Source: Pseudomonadota bacterium (lineage in GTDB: Bacteria > Pseudomonadota > Gammaproteobacteria > Comchoanobacterales > Comchoanobacteraceae). From it: DNA of 64,000 nucleotides. The stretch spans positions 42,026 to 106,025 of the forward strand of contig JAZAFR010000001.1 of the NCBI GenBank assembly GCA_036121365.1, in the 5' to 3' direction. Made by a program: the position numbers and the translations under genes. Positions 1-10,474 of this stretch are shown here, one piece after another (the first letter of the stretch is position 1; each line of letters starts with the position of its first letter). The notes beneath the pieces are model-generated. The model was not told where the DNA came from. It ran no database searches and worked only from the letters and a program-made list of their open reading frames with translations.

Positions 1-2614
1 GACTGACTCTGGCAAATGAACCTCTTTCCCCTATCGGTTGTGCCACTGGTATTGAGTCTGACCCATCTGTAGCACCCTGGTTAATAGATGTTGCAATGGG
101 TACTGAACCTGAACCACCTTCTGTAGTGCTTGACATAAGCGGTGCACTGGGCACTGGATCTGAGCCATTTCCTGTAGTGCTTGACATGAGCGGTGCACTG
201 GGCACTGAACCTGAACCATTTCCTGTAGCGTTTGGCTTGGGCGGCGCACTGGGCACTGAATCTGGACCATTTCCTGTAAGCGGCGCTCCATTTTGCTTGC
301 CACCATTTTTCTCCTCGCTCAACAACTCATCTATTGCCTCTATGAACATGCCACTGCCATGTCGTGTAAACACCGCGCAAGTACCAATAATTGCCGTATG
401 CCATAGCACCAAAATCAATTGAGCAAGACCAGGCATGGGTAACATAAACTCCATCATTATTCTGGTTGCCAATATCATAGACGCACATGTACAAAATACG
501 ACACTCCATATCTCTAGCTTATCTCTATCTGACATGGCCAACGTACAGAAAGATAAACCCACAATCAATTTCACCTGCCATGCCACTGGCAATACAATGG
601 CCATAGCCACTTTTATCATGACCATTAATACTATATTGACCACCTTATCTGTCTCGTGCCATCTTGATATACTGTCAAAATCCAAATTCCCTGAATACAC
701 TGAAAGCCCTATCAGCGCCATAGCGTACCCTCCCATTACTGTCAATTTAAGTGGCCATGCCATTGGCACCATGAACTGCATAAATTTTATAACCATCGTC
801 CCCAATAGACTGACAGTCAACACTAAAGACACCGCCCATAAGACTATTTCACTCAATTTTCCCGTTTTCTGATATACCACATTGACACCTGATGAGCAGA
901 AACCATACAAACCCAATAATCTGGGCTTTAGCATTCTCCATAACCCAAGAAGGGCATAGCTGAGCAAACCACTCATCACCACGCCTACCATGGCATTCCA
1001 AGTCAGTCCACTGAATAATGAATGTGATTGTTGCAACAGATATAAAGGTGTTGCCATAAACCAACCAATCACCTTATCCAGGTAAATATAACTCAGTATG
1101 GCCCTCAACGCTGAAAACACCCAAGATAAGCCTGAGTATCTCCATCCCCAATTGACCATGCTCCTTATCCCAGAAAAAATACCACCAATGAACGATGTTC
1201 CTGCTGACAAGCCCGTGACTCTTAACACCTTGCTAAAAAATTCATTCAAGCGTCGAGTAGATGCATGATCCACAAAGACAACCTTATTGAACTTCAACCC
1301 CACAAAAGTATAACCCAACCAACTCAGATTACACGCATCTTCCACCGCCTGACACATCGTTTCAGAGAACCTGCCCGTTGCTCTCATTTTTTCTGCAGCA
1401 TATAAACAACCCACATCTATTACTGTCATTGCTATATGCGCGAGCATGATGTGATTGCTTACCGAAACAACCATTCGTAAAGATGGAATTAGATATCCCG
1501 ATAATTCACCAACCACTGACACAATCGAAAAAGCAAAGACCATTTTCATGAATCTATCCCAAACATCCTCAAACTTTTCAACAAGCTCTGGTTTATTCGG
1601 GTCCAGCCCAAGCATGGGCAACGCGCTTTCAACTTTTCTTGTAATTCTTCCTGTTGCTTCATCATTTAGTAAACGTTGGGAAAATATCACGAGTGCAGGG
1701 AAATATACTCTCCACGTTTTTAATAGCTTGATAGCGCTTCTCAACATTTCTTTATGTATGAATACAACCCTTAATATTCTCCATATCCCCGACAAATTAG
1801 TTGATAATATTCGCCACAACACATTTGTAAAAAGATAACCACTTGCGCTCTGAATTGCCCAGATGGATAACCCAAATCTTGATACACTGATCCAGTCTGT
1901 GTACTTCTGCCAAGTCATCTCCCTCCACATTCCATTAAGAGCATGAAACCTCGACGCATAAAGATTATTGCCATAACGAGAATGCATGATAACGTTGTAG
2001 ATATCATAGAAAAAACTAAGCAGCCTTCTTCCCTCGCCCACCACCAAATCATACCCCAAGTCATATATATTGACTAAGAAACCCACTGTATAAAAAACAG
2101 GAATAACCACAGTATATGGATAGATACTGGCCAAACCGAAAGACATTAATATTATCAAAAAAAAGTCAACATCATTGGACTCTGCAAGTAGCCCTAGATT
2201 GTTTCTAGCCCAAGTATTAGACCATAGTATCCCCCTTGAATATCTTCTTGAATCTGCAGGCCCTCCACTCTCAGCAACAATCAAATCTTTATTGATCGTG
2301 GCTCGCCAGCCCATTGCAGCTTGACACAGTAGAGAAAAAACTGCCATGACTGGCCAGGCGGTGTGTAATGCCCATGTATTGGTATGAATCATAACCCATA
2401 CAACCATCCATGTTGACACTAAAGTGACCACATTCATCAATTCTTTCATGACATATTCTAAGCTGCCTAGCTTTTCCCGCTCACTTCCTCCCGAGAACAT
2501 TTCATTGATGGTCTCTCTGTGCATGTATAGACCAGTCACTGCACTTAACAGTAACACGCCGTTTGCACCGAAGATAAATAGAAGTCTTAGCACAAACTCA
2601 ATCATTAGAGACAT
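1..2614 (-). CDS. Large polytopic membrane protein, C-terminus cut by the window edge (at least 871 codons). Not in the supplied ORF track.
   Basis: Codon-by-codon manual translation of the minus strand from ATG 2614 to position 1 finds no stop. An alternative ATG lies at 2605, with AGGAG 9 nt upstream. An in-frame TGA lies just upstream of 2614. The product starts MSLMIEFVLRLLFIFGANG, has many hydrophobic segments, and ends in a Gly/Ser/Pro-rich 17-aa tandem repeat. Confidence 0.85.
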   Translation of the reverse strand, partial: MSLMIEFVLRLLFIFGANGVLLLSAVTGLYMHRETINEMFSGGSEREKLGSLEYVMKELMNVVTLVSTWMVVWVMIHTNTWALHTAWPVMAVFSLLCQAAMGWRATINKDLIVAESGGPADSRRYSRGILWSNTWARNNLGLLAESNDVDFFLIILMSFGLASIYPYTVVIPVFYTVGFLVNIYDLGYDLVVGEGRRLLSFFYDIYNVIMHSRYGNNLYASRFHALNGMWREMTWQKYTDWISVSRFGLSIWAIQSASGYLFTNVLWRILSTNLSGIWRILRVVFIHKEMLRSAIKLLKTWRVYFPALVIFSQRLLNDEATGRITRKVESALPMLGLDPNKPELVEKFEDVWDRFMKMVFAFSIVSVVGELSGYLIPSLRMVVSVSNHIMLAHIAMTVIDVGCLYAAEKMRATGRFSETMCQAVEDACNLSWLGYTFVGLKFNKVVFVDHASTRRLNEFFSKVLRVTGLSAGTSFIGGIFSGIRSMVNWGWRYSGLSWVFSALRAILSYIYLDKVIGWFMATPLYLLQQSHSLFSGLTWNAMVGVVMSGLLSYALLGLWRMLKPRLLGLYGFCSSGVNVVYQKTGKLSEIVLWAVSLVLTVSLLGTMVIKFMQFMVPMAWPLKLTVMGGYAMALIGLSVYSGNLDFDSISRWHETDKVVNIVLMVMIKVAMAIVLPVAWQVKLIVGLSFCTLAMSDRDKLEIWSVVFCTCASMILATRIMMEFMLPMPGLAQLILVLWHTAIIGTCAVFTRHGSGMFIEAIDELLSEEKNGGKQNGAPLTGNGPDSVPSAPPKPNATGNGSGSVPSAPLMSSTTGNGSDPVPSAPLMSSTTEGGSGSVPIATSINQGATDGSDSIPVAQPIGERGSFARVS
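98..301. repeat. Tandem repeat, 51-bp unit x4, coding
   Basis: Unit starts at 98, 149, 200 and 251 (gggcactg...). On the minus strand it encodes TGNGS(G/D)(S/P)VPSAP(L/P)MSST-like 17-aa units inside the 1..2614 CDS. Confidence 0.9.
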
Positions 2615-2971
2615 CTCCTCTTGACGACATGAAAGAAGCCGCCTCTTTCAACCATGTCTTTCAAACAATACCATACACTTAGAATAGCTTTGATTGTATA
2701 TAAATTCAGAATTTTAAAACCGGATTCTAAACCTTTCCAAATGACCATTTGTATGTTTAATATGCATGGAAAGTTGATTTTTTCACTGTATCTAATATTT
2801 TTCATTTTGGCGTATTTTCGTCTTGCCTGTATGTCATTTGACAGACATTCTATGTCTAAATTACCTGTCATAGCTTTTTTTAACCATTGAATAGCATGAT
2901 ACAATATCACAAAACAGCCAACTCTTCAAGCTTTTACCTATGGAGAGGCGCCTTTTTGACAAATAAGCCTC

Positions 2972-4222
2972 CTACAAAGACTCTAAATAAATATTGGCAA
3001 TCTCAAAGGCTCTGTCCTGCCGTTTCACTGGAAATTCACTGATCTGCTCTGCAATAAAACCTTTGATTAATAAGGCTTTTGCAAGCTTCTCACTTAACCC
3101 CCTTGATTGCATGTAAAAAAGTGACTTTTCATCAATTTGTCCGACTGTTGATCCATGTGCACACTCCACTTCATCTGCGTAAATCTCGAGCTCTGGCTCA
3201 GATATCATGTGTGCACCTTTATCAATCAGTAAATTGTGATTTAATTGCTGGGACTGAATATTAGACACCCCTTGTTTCACATAAACCCGACTAGAAAAAC
3301 TTGTCAACGCTTTTAATCTTGCCACATTTCTGTAAATTTGTGTTGAATAAGTGCTTTCATTATTGTGCTTTAATAGAATGGTCTGGTCTAGCTTATCTTG
3401 ATTCGCCCCCAAACACACACCATGAAACTCACTGTGTGCTTGTTTGCCATTTAAGTCCACTTGATGATAATTGCGCACAACCCTGCCCCCAGTTGATAAA
3501 TGATAATTATTGTATTGTCCCTCTCTATCTACCACTGTTTTTTGTGTTTGAAATATTGATACATGCTCCGGAACTTTCTCCACAAACTCATCTTCAACTT
3601 TGGATCCCTGATCTAAGTCCAGTCCACGATTGCAAATCAACACAACCTCTTTTTGTCCTTTTACATGAATGTGGTTGACAATATTCACAGTGGTATTTTT
3701 GGCCACCTGCAGCTGCTTATTTAAAGTCACCAGAGAAGATGCACCTGTCAAAACGTGGTGAACATGCACTGTTGCGTTGGCCTGGATAGACATTAATGTC
3801 CACTGATCACTCAATGCAATCGGCAATGCAGCAGTGATTTCCTGCTTTGGCAAACATTGTAAGAAAATAAGCCAAGCACTCTCTAAGGACTCGTCTATTT
3901 TTGACACAGCCCGTATCTTAACATGCTCACTTTTTTGGCTTAAATCTGAATCATAGACCCCATCAACCCATACTAAATGCAGCCCGTCTTCTTGCATCAT
4001 GTCAACACTTGGTTTCCACCTATCTTCATTTTTATACAGCTCCAGTACTTCTTCTGGCATTGAACCTAAGCCTAACTTTTGCCAAAGACTGTGTTTGTTT
4101 TTTGGATTGTGCATTTCGCACTGATTGAGTGCCAACGCCTGTAAATCATTTTTCACCTCGAATTTGTCACCGAGCTTAACCTGAAACAGTTCATTGAGAG
4201 AATTTATTTTCTTACTTGCCAT
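2972..4222 (-). CDS. sufD: Fe-S cluster assembly protein SufD
   Basis: 416-aa ORF directly downstream of sufB-sufC, overlapping sufC by 11 nt. The C-terminal region resembles SufB, as expected for SufD. Ends in TAG. Confidence 0.85.
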   Translation of the reverse strand: MASKKINSLNELFQVKLGDKFEVKNDLQALALNQCEMHNPKNKHSLWQKLGLGSMPEEVLELYKNEDRWKPSVDMMQEDGLHLVWVDGVYDSDLSQKSEHVKIRAVSKIDESLESAWLIFLQCLPKQEITAALPIALSDQWTLMSIQANATVHVHHVLTGASSLVTLNKQLQVAKNTTVNIVNHIHVKGQKEVVLICNRGLDLDQGSKVEDEFVEKVPEHVSIFQTQKTVVDREGQYNNYHLSTGGRVVRNYHQVDLNGKQAHSEFHGVCLGANQDKLDQTILLKHNNESTYSTQIYRNVARLKALTSFSSRVYVKQGVSNIQSQQLNHNLLIDKGAHMISEPELEIYADEVECAHGSTVGQIDEKSLFYMQSRGLSEKLAKALLIKGFIAEQISEFPVKRQDRAFEIANIYLESL

Positions 4223-4970
4223 CTTTAACCCAACTATAGCCTTCCTTTTCTAACTGCTTTGCCAAGCTAGCATCACCACTTTTAATGATCTTTCCAGCAC
4301 TCATGACATGCACATAATCCGTTTTAACATGCTCTAAAAGCCTATTGTAATGCGTTACAATGACCATTCCCCTGCTTGAGTTTTGCATCTCTGTGATGAC
4401 GTTGCCAACAACTCTTAACGCATCTATATCCAACCCTGAATCAGTCTCATCCAATACCACTATCTTTGGCTGCAGTAAAATCAATTGTATCAGCTCTGCC
4501 CGCTTTTTCTCTCCCCCTGAAAATCCCTTGTTTAGAGGTCTGTGTAAAAATGACTTCGGCAAACCAACCATCTCACACGCCTCTTCAGCCATTTGAATGA
4601 GATCAATCGCTTCGACCAATGGCTCAGAACGCTTTTTTCTCTGTTCATTCACAACCGCCTGTAAAAAGCTGATTGTGGAGACGCCAGGCAAGCCCACTGG
4701 ATATTGGAATGAAAGAAACACCCCTTTGATGGCACGCTCCTCGGGTGCCAATGCCAATAAATCTTCTCCTAGAAACTCTATCTCTCCTCCATCAACGATA
4801 TAATCACTGTGGCCAGCTATGACATTTGATAACGTACTTTTACCAGAACCATTGGGGCCCATAATGGTATGTGTCTCTCCAGATTTCACATACAAATCTA
4901 AGTTTTGAATGATTTTCTTTCCTTCCTTTATGGATACCTCTAGATTTTTTATTTTGAGCATTTTACCCAC
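4212..4970 (-). CDS. sufC: Fe-S cluster assembly ATPase SufC
   Basis: Walker A GPNGSGKST, ABC signature FSGGEKKR and Walker B VVLDETDSGLD. Length is 252 aa and it sits between sufB and sufD. Confidence 0.95.
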   Translation of the reverse strand: MGKMLKIKNLEVSIKEGKKIIQNLDLYVKSGETHTIMGPNGSGKSTLSNVIAGHSDYIVDGGEIEFLGEDLLALAPEERAIKGVFLSFQYPVGLPGVSTISFLQAVVNEQRKKRSEPLVEAIDLIQMAEEACEMVGLPKSFLHRPLNKGFSGGEKKRAELIQLILLQPKIVVLDETDSGLDIDALRVVGNVITEMQNSSRGMVIVTHYNRLLEHVKTDYVHVMSAGKIIKSGDASLAKQLEKEGYSWVKDGK

Positions 4971-5001
4971 TCCTTATTCATCTTCATGACATGCAACTCT
5001 A

Positions 5002-6447
5002 TCAACCCACGCTGCCTTCAAGCGTTATCTCTAACAAAGCCTGCGCCTCAACAGCAAACTCCATAGGCAATTGCTGCAATACCTGTTTACAGAATCCATT
5101 CACAATGAGCGACACTGCAGCTTCTGGATCCAGCCCTCTGCTTTGACAATAAAACTGCATATCTGCACTGATTTTAGAAGTGCAGGCCTCATGCTCAATC
5201 TTTGATTCCTGATTTCTGCAGTCGACTCTTGGAAATGTATGCGCTGAACATTCTGACCCAATGAGCAACGAATCGCATTGTGTGTGATTGATGGCTCCTG
5301 CTGCCCCTGGAAGCACTTTAACTAGGCCTCGATAGGTATTTTGTGACTTGCCTGCAGATACCCCTTTTGCCACAATACTACTCGATGTATTTTTTCCTAT
5401 GTGCACCATTTTAGTACCGGTATCCGCCTGCTGATGATTTTTTGTGATTGTTACCGAGTGGAATGAGCCTGAGCTATTATCCCCCTGCAAAACTACGCTG
5501 GGATATTTCCATGTAATCGCTGAACCAGTTTCTATTTGTGTCCATGATACCTTAGCATCTTTTTTGGCCATTGCACGCTTGGTCACAAAATTATAAATAC
5601 CGCCTTTGCCGTTTTCATCACCAGGGTACCAGTTCTGCACAGTGGAATACTTAATCTCAGCTCCATCCAACGCAACCAGCTCAACAACAGCGGCATGCAG
5701 CTGGTTTTCATCTCGCATGGGTGCTGTACACCCTTCTAAGTAACTGACATGACTGCCTTCATCTGCAATGATTAATGTGCGCTCGAATTGCCCTGTGTTA
5801 GCAGCATTTATCCTAAAATAAGTTGACAGTTCCATTGGACAACGAACTCCCTTAGGGATGTAGACAAATGATCCGTCACTGAACACAGCACTGTTTAGAG
5901 CTGCATAATAATTGTCTCGATAAGGAACGACTGTGGCTAAATACTTTTCTATTAACTCTGGATGATTTTGCACCGCTTCCTGAAACGGACAGAATATAAC
6001 GCCTGCATCTGCCAGTTTATCTTTGAATGTTGTGGCTACAGAAACACTGTCGAATACAGCATCAACGGCTACTCCTGACAGCATTTTTTGCTCATGCAGT
6101 GGAATCCCCAGCCTCTCATAGGTTCGCAGTAACTCTGGATCGACCTCATCTAAGCTTTTTGGGCCATCTTTGTTTGATTTTGGAGCACTGTAATAAGATA
6201 TTTTTTGGAGATCAATTTTCTCAATATTTAAATGTGCCCAGCTTGGCTCTTTCATTGTTAACCAGTGACGAAATGCTCGCAGTCTAAATTGCAGCATAAA
6301 CTCAGGCTCTTTTTTCTTTTTTGATATGGCACGAATCACTGACTCATTTAGACCTGGAGGCAAATAATCCGTTTCGATATCTGTCACGAACCCTTGCCAA
6401 TATTTTTCTGAAAGCTTGTCTTTAATTTGCCTATTTTGATCTGCCAT
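5002..6447 (-). CDS. sufB: Fe-S cluster assembly scaffold SufB
   Basis: 481 aa with a characteristic SufB C-terminal half ([38 protein letters not shown]). First gene of sufBCD. Confidence 0.95.
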   Translation of the reverse strand: MADQNRQIKDKLSEKYWQGFVTDIETDYLPPGLNESVIRAISKKKKEPEFMLQFRLRAFRHWLTMKEPSWAHLNIEKIDLQKISYYSAPKSNKDGPKSLDEVDPELLRTYERLGIPLHEQKMLSGVAVDAVFDSVSVATTFKDKLADAGVIFCPFQEAVQNHPELIEKYLATVVPYRDNYYAALNSAVFSDGSFVYIPKGVRCPMELSTYFRINAANTGQFERTLIIADEGSHVSYLEGCTAPMRDENQLHAAVVELVALDGAEIKYSTVQNWYPGDENGKGGIYNFVTKRAMAKKDAKVSWTQIETGSAITWKYPSVVLQGDNSSGSFHSVTITKNHQQADTGTKMVHIGKNTSSSIVAKGVSAGKSQNTYRGLVKVLPGAAGAINHTQCDSLLIGSECSAHTFPRVDCRNQESKIEHEACTSKISADMQFYCQSRGLDPEAAVSLIVNGFCKQVLQQLPMEFAVEAQALLEITLEGSVG

Positions 6448-6477
6448 TATTTTAACGCAAGATGCCTGTAAATTGAG

Positions 6478-6496
6478 ACGTGATTATTACATTTTT
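6478..6496. promoter_or_regulatory. Possible Fur-box-like element upstream of sufB
   Basis: gtgattattacatt lies 33-46 nt upstream of the sufB ATG and partly resembles the GATAATGATAATCATTATC consensus. AT-rich context, so it may be chance. Confidence 0.2.
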
Positions 6497-6825
6497 TGAC
6501 CTCCAAGTCTAGTGCCTTTCATTTTATTACTTCTTTTAATTGCAACTAAAACAATCTGCTACCTGAATATAAGAAGCACTCAAAACTCCTGCCTGTTCAG
6601 TTAGTCCACACAAACATTCTATTGTATGCACATACCACCCGAAAACCATTATAATAAAAGCAACTGATACTATTACCCCAGAAACCACTGCTCCACCCGC
6701 AAGATTTACCAAAAAAATCCGTAAATCCTCAATCTTATTACACTATCTCTTGCACATTCCTCCTGAATCTGATACTATGCGTCAGGACTTTTAAGACACT
6801 CTTAATAACTAGGCATCTTCTTCAT

Positions 6826-7773
6826 ATGTATTTTTTTGGCGCTGACAGCATTCTAACCGACATATTTGAAGCCTTTATTAATTTCACCAAAGAGACATCA
6901 AAAAATAAAGGACATACATACGAACAGGCCAATCAGAGAAAATCATTATTAAACGACCTCTGGAATCTGACAATATCGGGCATAGGAATGCTAGCCATCT
7001 TGGTTATCAATGAACTACTGAAAAAATCTTTAATACAACAATCATTCTCAATTTTCATAGAATCACTCGCTCAAAATGCAGCCCTCCTGTTCATATTATG
7101 CCCACCCCCCATTAAGGCCATCATCATTATGACAGCCATATTCATCTATCGTGAACCGATAGGAGCAATCTTCTATTCAGTTATAGCAAGATTTAAATCC
7201 TATTTTAATGAAACGCAAGAGAATACGCTGGATCACAATACTCCTGCTTTCATACAATCAGACCGCCTTCAACCAACAAAACCTCACGAAACAGAACACA
7301 AGATAACACACCCCCAACAATACCTGAAGATAAAAGAAGAGGTTGAGAGCATTGCTAGCACCATCTCAAAAAACGTCATAGAAACACTCCTATTGAACGA
7401 AAGCCTGCCCGAAATCCCGCCGGAAGAGAACGTCAAAGATACAATCGCCTGGGCAAATAGGCTTATTCAAGACGAACAAAAAACCCCGACAGACAAAACT
7501 GCAAGCACAATATACGAACAAGCAAAACTCATTGATGGGATCACTGACCTTGAATCTCGAGGCAGCTTGCTTAAAGCAACACTTTACACCTCAATGCTTG
7601 AGCACCCCTCCATTAAAGCATTGAATAGAACGGAAGATGACGTCTATCGAGCAACATACCAAGCACTACTACAAATAAACAAAACAATACGAATCATCAC
7701 ATCAAAGCCCCCAGCAGAGAACACACAGGAAGAGACCAAAAAGACAACCAGCCCAAAGAAACAACCTATTTGA
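6826..7773 (+). CDS. Hypothetical protein with a paired hydrophobic N-terminal region
   Basis: 315-aa ORF. Has two hydrophobic stretches (ISGIGMLAILVINELL and LLFILCPPPIKAIIIMTAIFIY), then a polar Glu/Thr/Lys-rich tail. No family recognised. Confidence 0.7.
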   Translation: MYFFGADSILTDIFEAFINFTKETSKNKGHTYEQANQRKSLLNDLWNLTISGIGMLAILVINELLKKSLIQQSFSIFIESLAQNAALLFILCPPPIKAIIIMTAIFIYREPIGAIFYSVIARFKSYFNETQENTLDHNTPAFIQSDRLQPTKPHETEHKITHPQQYLKIKEEVESIASTISKNVIETLLLNESLPEIPPEENVKDTIAWANRLIQDEQKTPTDKTASTIYEQAKLIDGITDLESRGSLLKATLYTSMLEHPSIKALNRTEDDVYRATYQALLQINKTIRIITSKPPAENTQEETKKTTSPKKQPI

Positions 7774-7793
7774 AATTTAAAACCAATTCTAAC

Positions 7794-7822
7794 TTGATTT
7801 AAGAAAATATGTGAGATATAAT
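7794..7822 (+). promoter_or_regulatory. Sigma-70-type promoter for rpsT
   Basis: TTGATT (7794-7799), exact 17-nt spacer, TATAAT (7817-7822). AGGAG lies 7 nt before ATG 7845. Confidence 0.55.
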
Positions 7823-7844
7823 TGCAGGCTAACAGGAGATATAT

Positions 7845-8111
7845 ATGGCAAATACAAATCAAGCAAAAAAACGTGCCCGTCAAGCAGAAAGCAGGCGAGC
7901 CCAAAATAGCAGCCAAAAGTCAGCGCTACGTAAAGAGATTAAAAAGTTCAGATCTCAACTTTCATCAAAAACAGAGCGTTCTGAGCTCAGCACTGTGCAA
8001 AGCCACGTTTCTAGAGCAGCACAAAAAGGACTCATACCTAAAAATGCAGCCAGAAGACTGATCAGCAGACTCAATAACGCATCAAAGCAAGCTGCCAACT
8101 CATCTAAGTAA
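7845..8111 (+). CDS. rpsT: 30S ribosomal protein S20
   Basis: 88 aa. Starts MANTNQAKKRARQAESRR, a typical S20 N-terminus, with basic composition. Confidence 0.9.
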   Translation: MANTNQAKKRARQAESRRAQNSSQKSALRKEIKKFRSQLSSKTERSELSTVQSHVSRAAQKGLIPKNAARRLISRLNNASKQAANSSK

Positions 8112-8130
8112 CCCGAAGAATACACACTAC

Positions 8131-8157
8131 ATGCCATTGACACAAAGTTAATGGCAT
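8131..8157 (+). terminator. Hairpin downstream of rpsT
   Basis: ATGCCATT / AATGGCAT 8-bp stem with an 11-nt loop, followed by tattgctttt. Confidence 0.4.
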
Positions 8158-8298
8158 TATTGCTTTTACCTTATTACAAATATAGATCAAGGCAGGCCAC
8201 CAAAACACCACACCAACAATTCTTGCCATATTTGCACTTCAAGCAGAGCCCATTACTCAATGAAGCAAACAAAAAAAACAAGAAAAATTTTCTTTCTC

Positions 8299-9360
<1,062 letters not shown>

Positions 9361-9492
9361 TTAATCGTCACAATAGCCATACAACTAACCTGACTCCAAA
9401 CTGCAATCATTTACTCCTTCTCAATACAAAACAGACCCTAACGGGTCTGCTTTCATCTTATTCTGACTTTAGATCTTATGTGTGTGCGTTCA

Positions 9493-9756
9493 TTACGCAG
9501 CCGCTTGACTCGACTCAATAGTGACAACCACTCGACCAAACTTCTTTTTAAAGACAACTTTTCCATCGGTCAATGCAAACAACGTATGATCTCTGCCCAA
9601 ACCAACATTCTTTCCTGGCTTATAACGGGTACCCCTTTGCCTAATGATGATCGTGCCTCCTAGTACAGCCTGCCCACCAAAACGCTTAACGCCCAGACGT
9701 TTGGATTCCGAATCGCGACCATTTCGCGTACTACCACCTGCTTTTTTATGTGCCAT
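9493..9756 (-). CDS. rpmA: 50S ribosomal protein L27
   Basis: Starts [24 protein letters not shown], the canonical L27 N-terminus. 87 aa. Confidence 0.95.
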   Translation of the reverse strand: MAHKKAGGSTRNGRDSESKRLGVKRFGGQAVLGGTIIIRQRGTRYKPGKNVGLGRDHTLFALTDGKVVFKKKFGRVVVTIESSQAAA

Positions 9757-9790
9757 ATGTCTTCTCCTTACCTAAATTAATCTCTTGCTT

Positions 9791-10312
9791 CTATTTACCT
9801 GTTGACGTCTTCTCAGATTTTTTTGCTGCTGGCTTTTTTGCTGCCTGAGCTTTTTTTACTGGCTGCTTCTTTGCTTCAGCTGGCTTAGCTGCTGCTGTTT
9901 TTGCTTTTGCTGCAGGCTTCTTGGCTGCTGCAGTTTTTGTTTTTGCATCAGAACTGGCCTGAGGTTTTTCTTTCTTTTCTACTTTTGGCGCCTTCAATGT
10001 TTTCTCATCACCAATTGCCAATACTTCAAGTCGCGTATATGCCTGTCTATGACCTTGACGCTTCATGTGATGCTTTCTTCTTTTAAACTTGATGATATTG
10101 AGTTTTTCACCACGTCCGTGCTCGATCACTCGCACCAATACAGCCTTGCCTTCTACATAAGGCGTGCCGACATGCAACTTATCATCTTGACACATCAATA
10201 CGCTTCCAAGCTTCAATTCTTTTCCAACTTCATCGGTTATTTTTTCCAGATTGAATTTCAATCCAGGCTTTAAGTGGTATTGTTTTCCGCTGTGGGCAAT
10301 GATCGCATACAT
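9791..10312 (-). CDS. rplU: 50S ribosomal protein L21 with a roughly 70-aa Lys/Ala-rich C-terminal extension
   Basis: The first ~103 aa align with L21 (MYAII..GKQY.., HGRGEKLNIIKFKRRKHHMKRQGHRQ). The tail is AAKKPAAKAKTAAAKPAEAKK-like. Confidence 0.9.
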   Translation of the reverse strand: MYAIIAHSGKQYHLKPGLKFNLEKITDEVGKELKLGSVLMCQDDKLHVGTPYVEGKAVLVRVIEHGRGEKLNIIKFKRRKHHMKRQGHRQAYTRLEVLAIGDEKTLKAPKVEKKEKPQASSDAKTKTAAAKKPAAKAKTAAAKPAEAKKQPVKKAQAAKKPAAKKSEKTSTGK

Positions 10313-10474
10313 CTTTACGTTTCCTTTACTGTAAATTTTTGTTCATTTTACACCATAAATTCCATTAAAACAAGCTCTATGTTGGAATATCTGTACACAA
10401 TCACTAACCACACCACTGAACACAGATAAATCTGTTAATTTTCAACACCCTAATTTGTTTTATGACTACCCCCC

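Noticed and set aside
96-872. Tracked ORFs 96..422(+), 31..306(-), 327..509(-) and 435..872(+), plus other short ORFs up to about 2624
   Set aside because: They all overlap the single unbroken minus-strand frame 1..2614, which accounts for the region better. The 31..306(-) ORF is an alternative frame through the same 51-bp repeat.
2605-2910. ORFs 2605..2910(-) and 2654..2890(+) in the spacer between sufD and the large membrane gene
   Set aside because: The region is very AT-rich, the two ORFs overlap on opposite strands, and neither has an SD or recognisable motifs. This is more likely the promoter/5' region of the 1..2614 gene. It contains nested inverted repeats (TGACAG...CTGTCA at 2839-2870), but they are too short to call.
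6530-6720. Possible 56-codon TTG-initiated small membrane protein on the minus strand upstream of sufB
   Set aside because: It falls below the track threshold, has a non-ATG start, no SD and no conservation evidence. I cannot distinguish it from chance.
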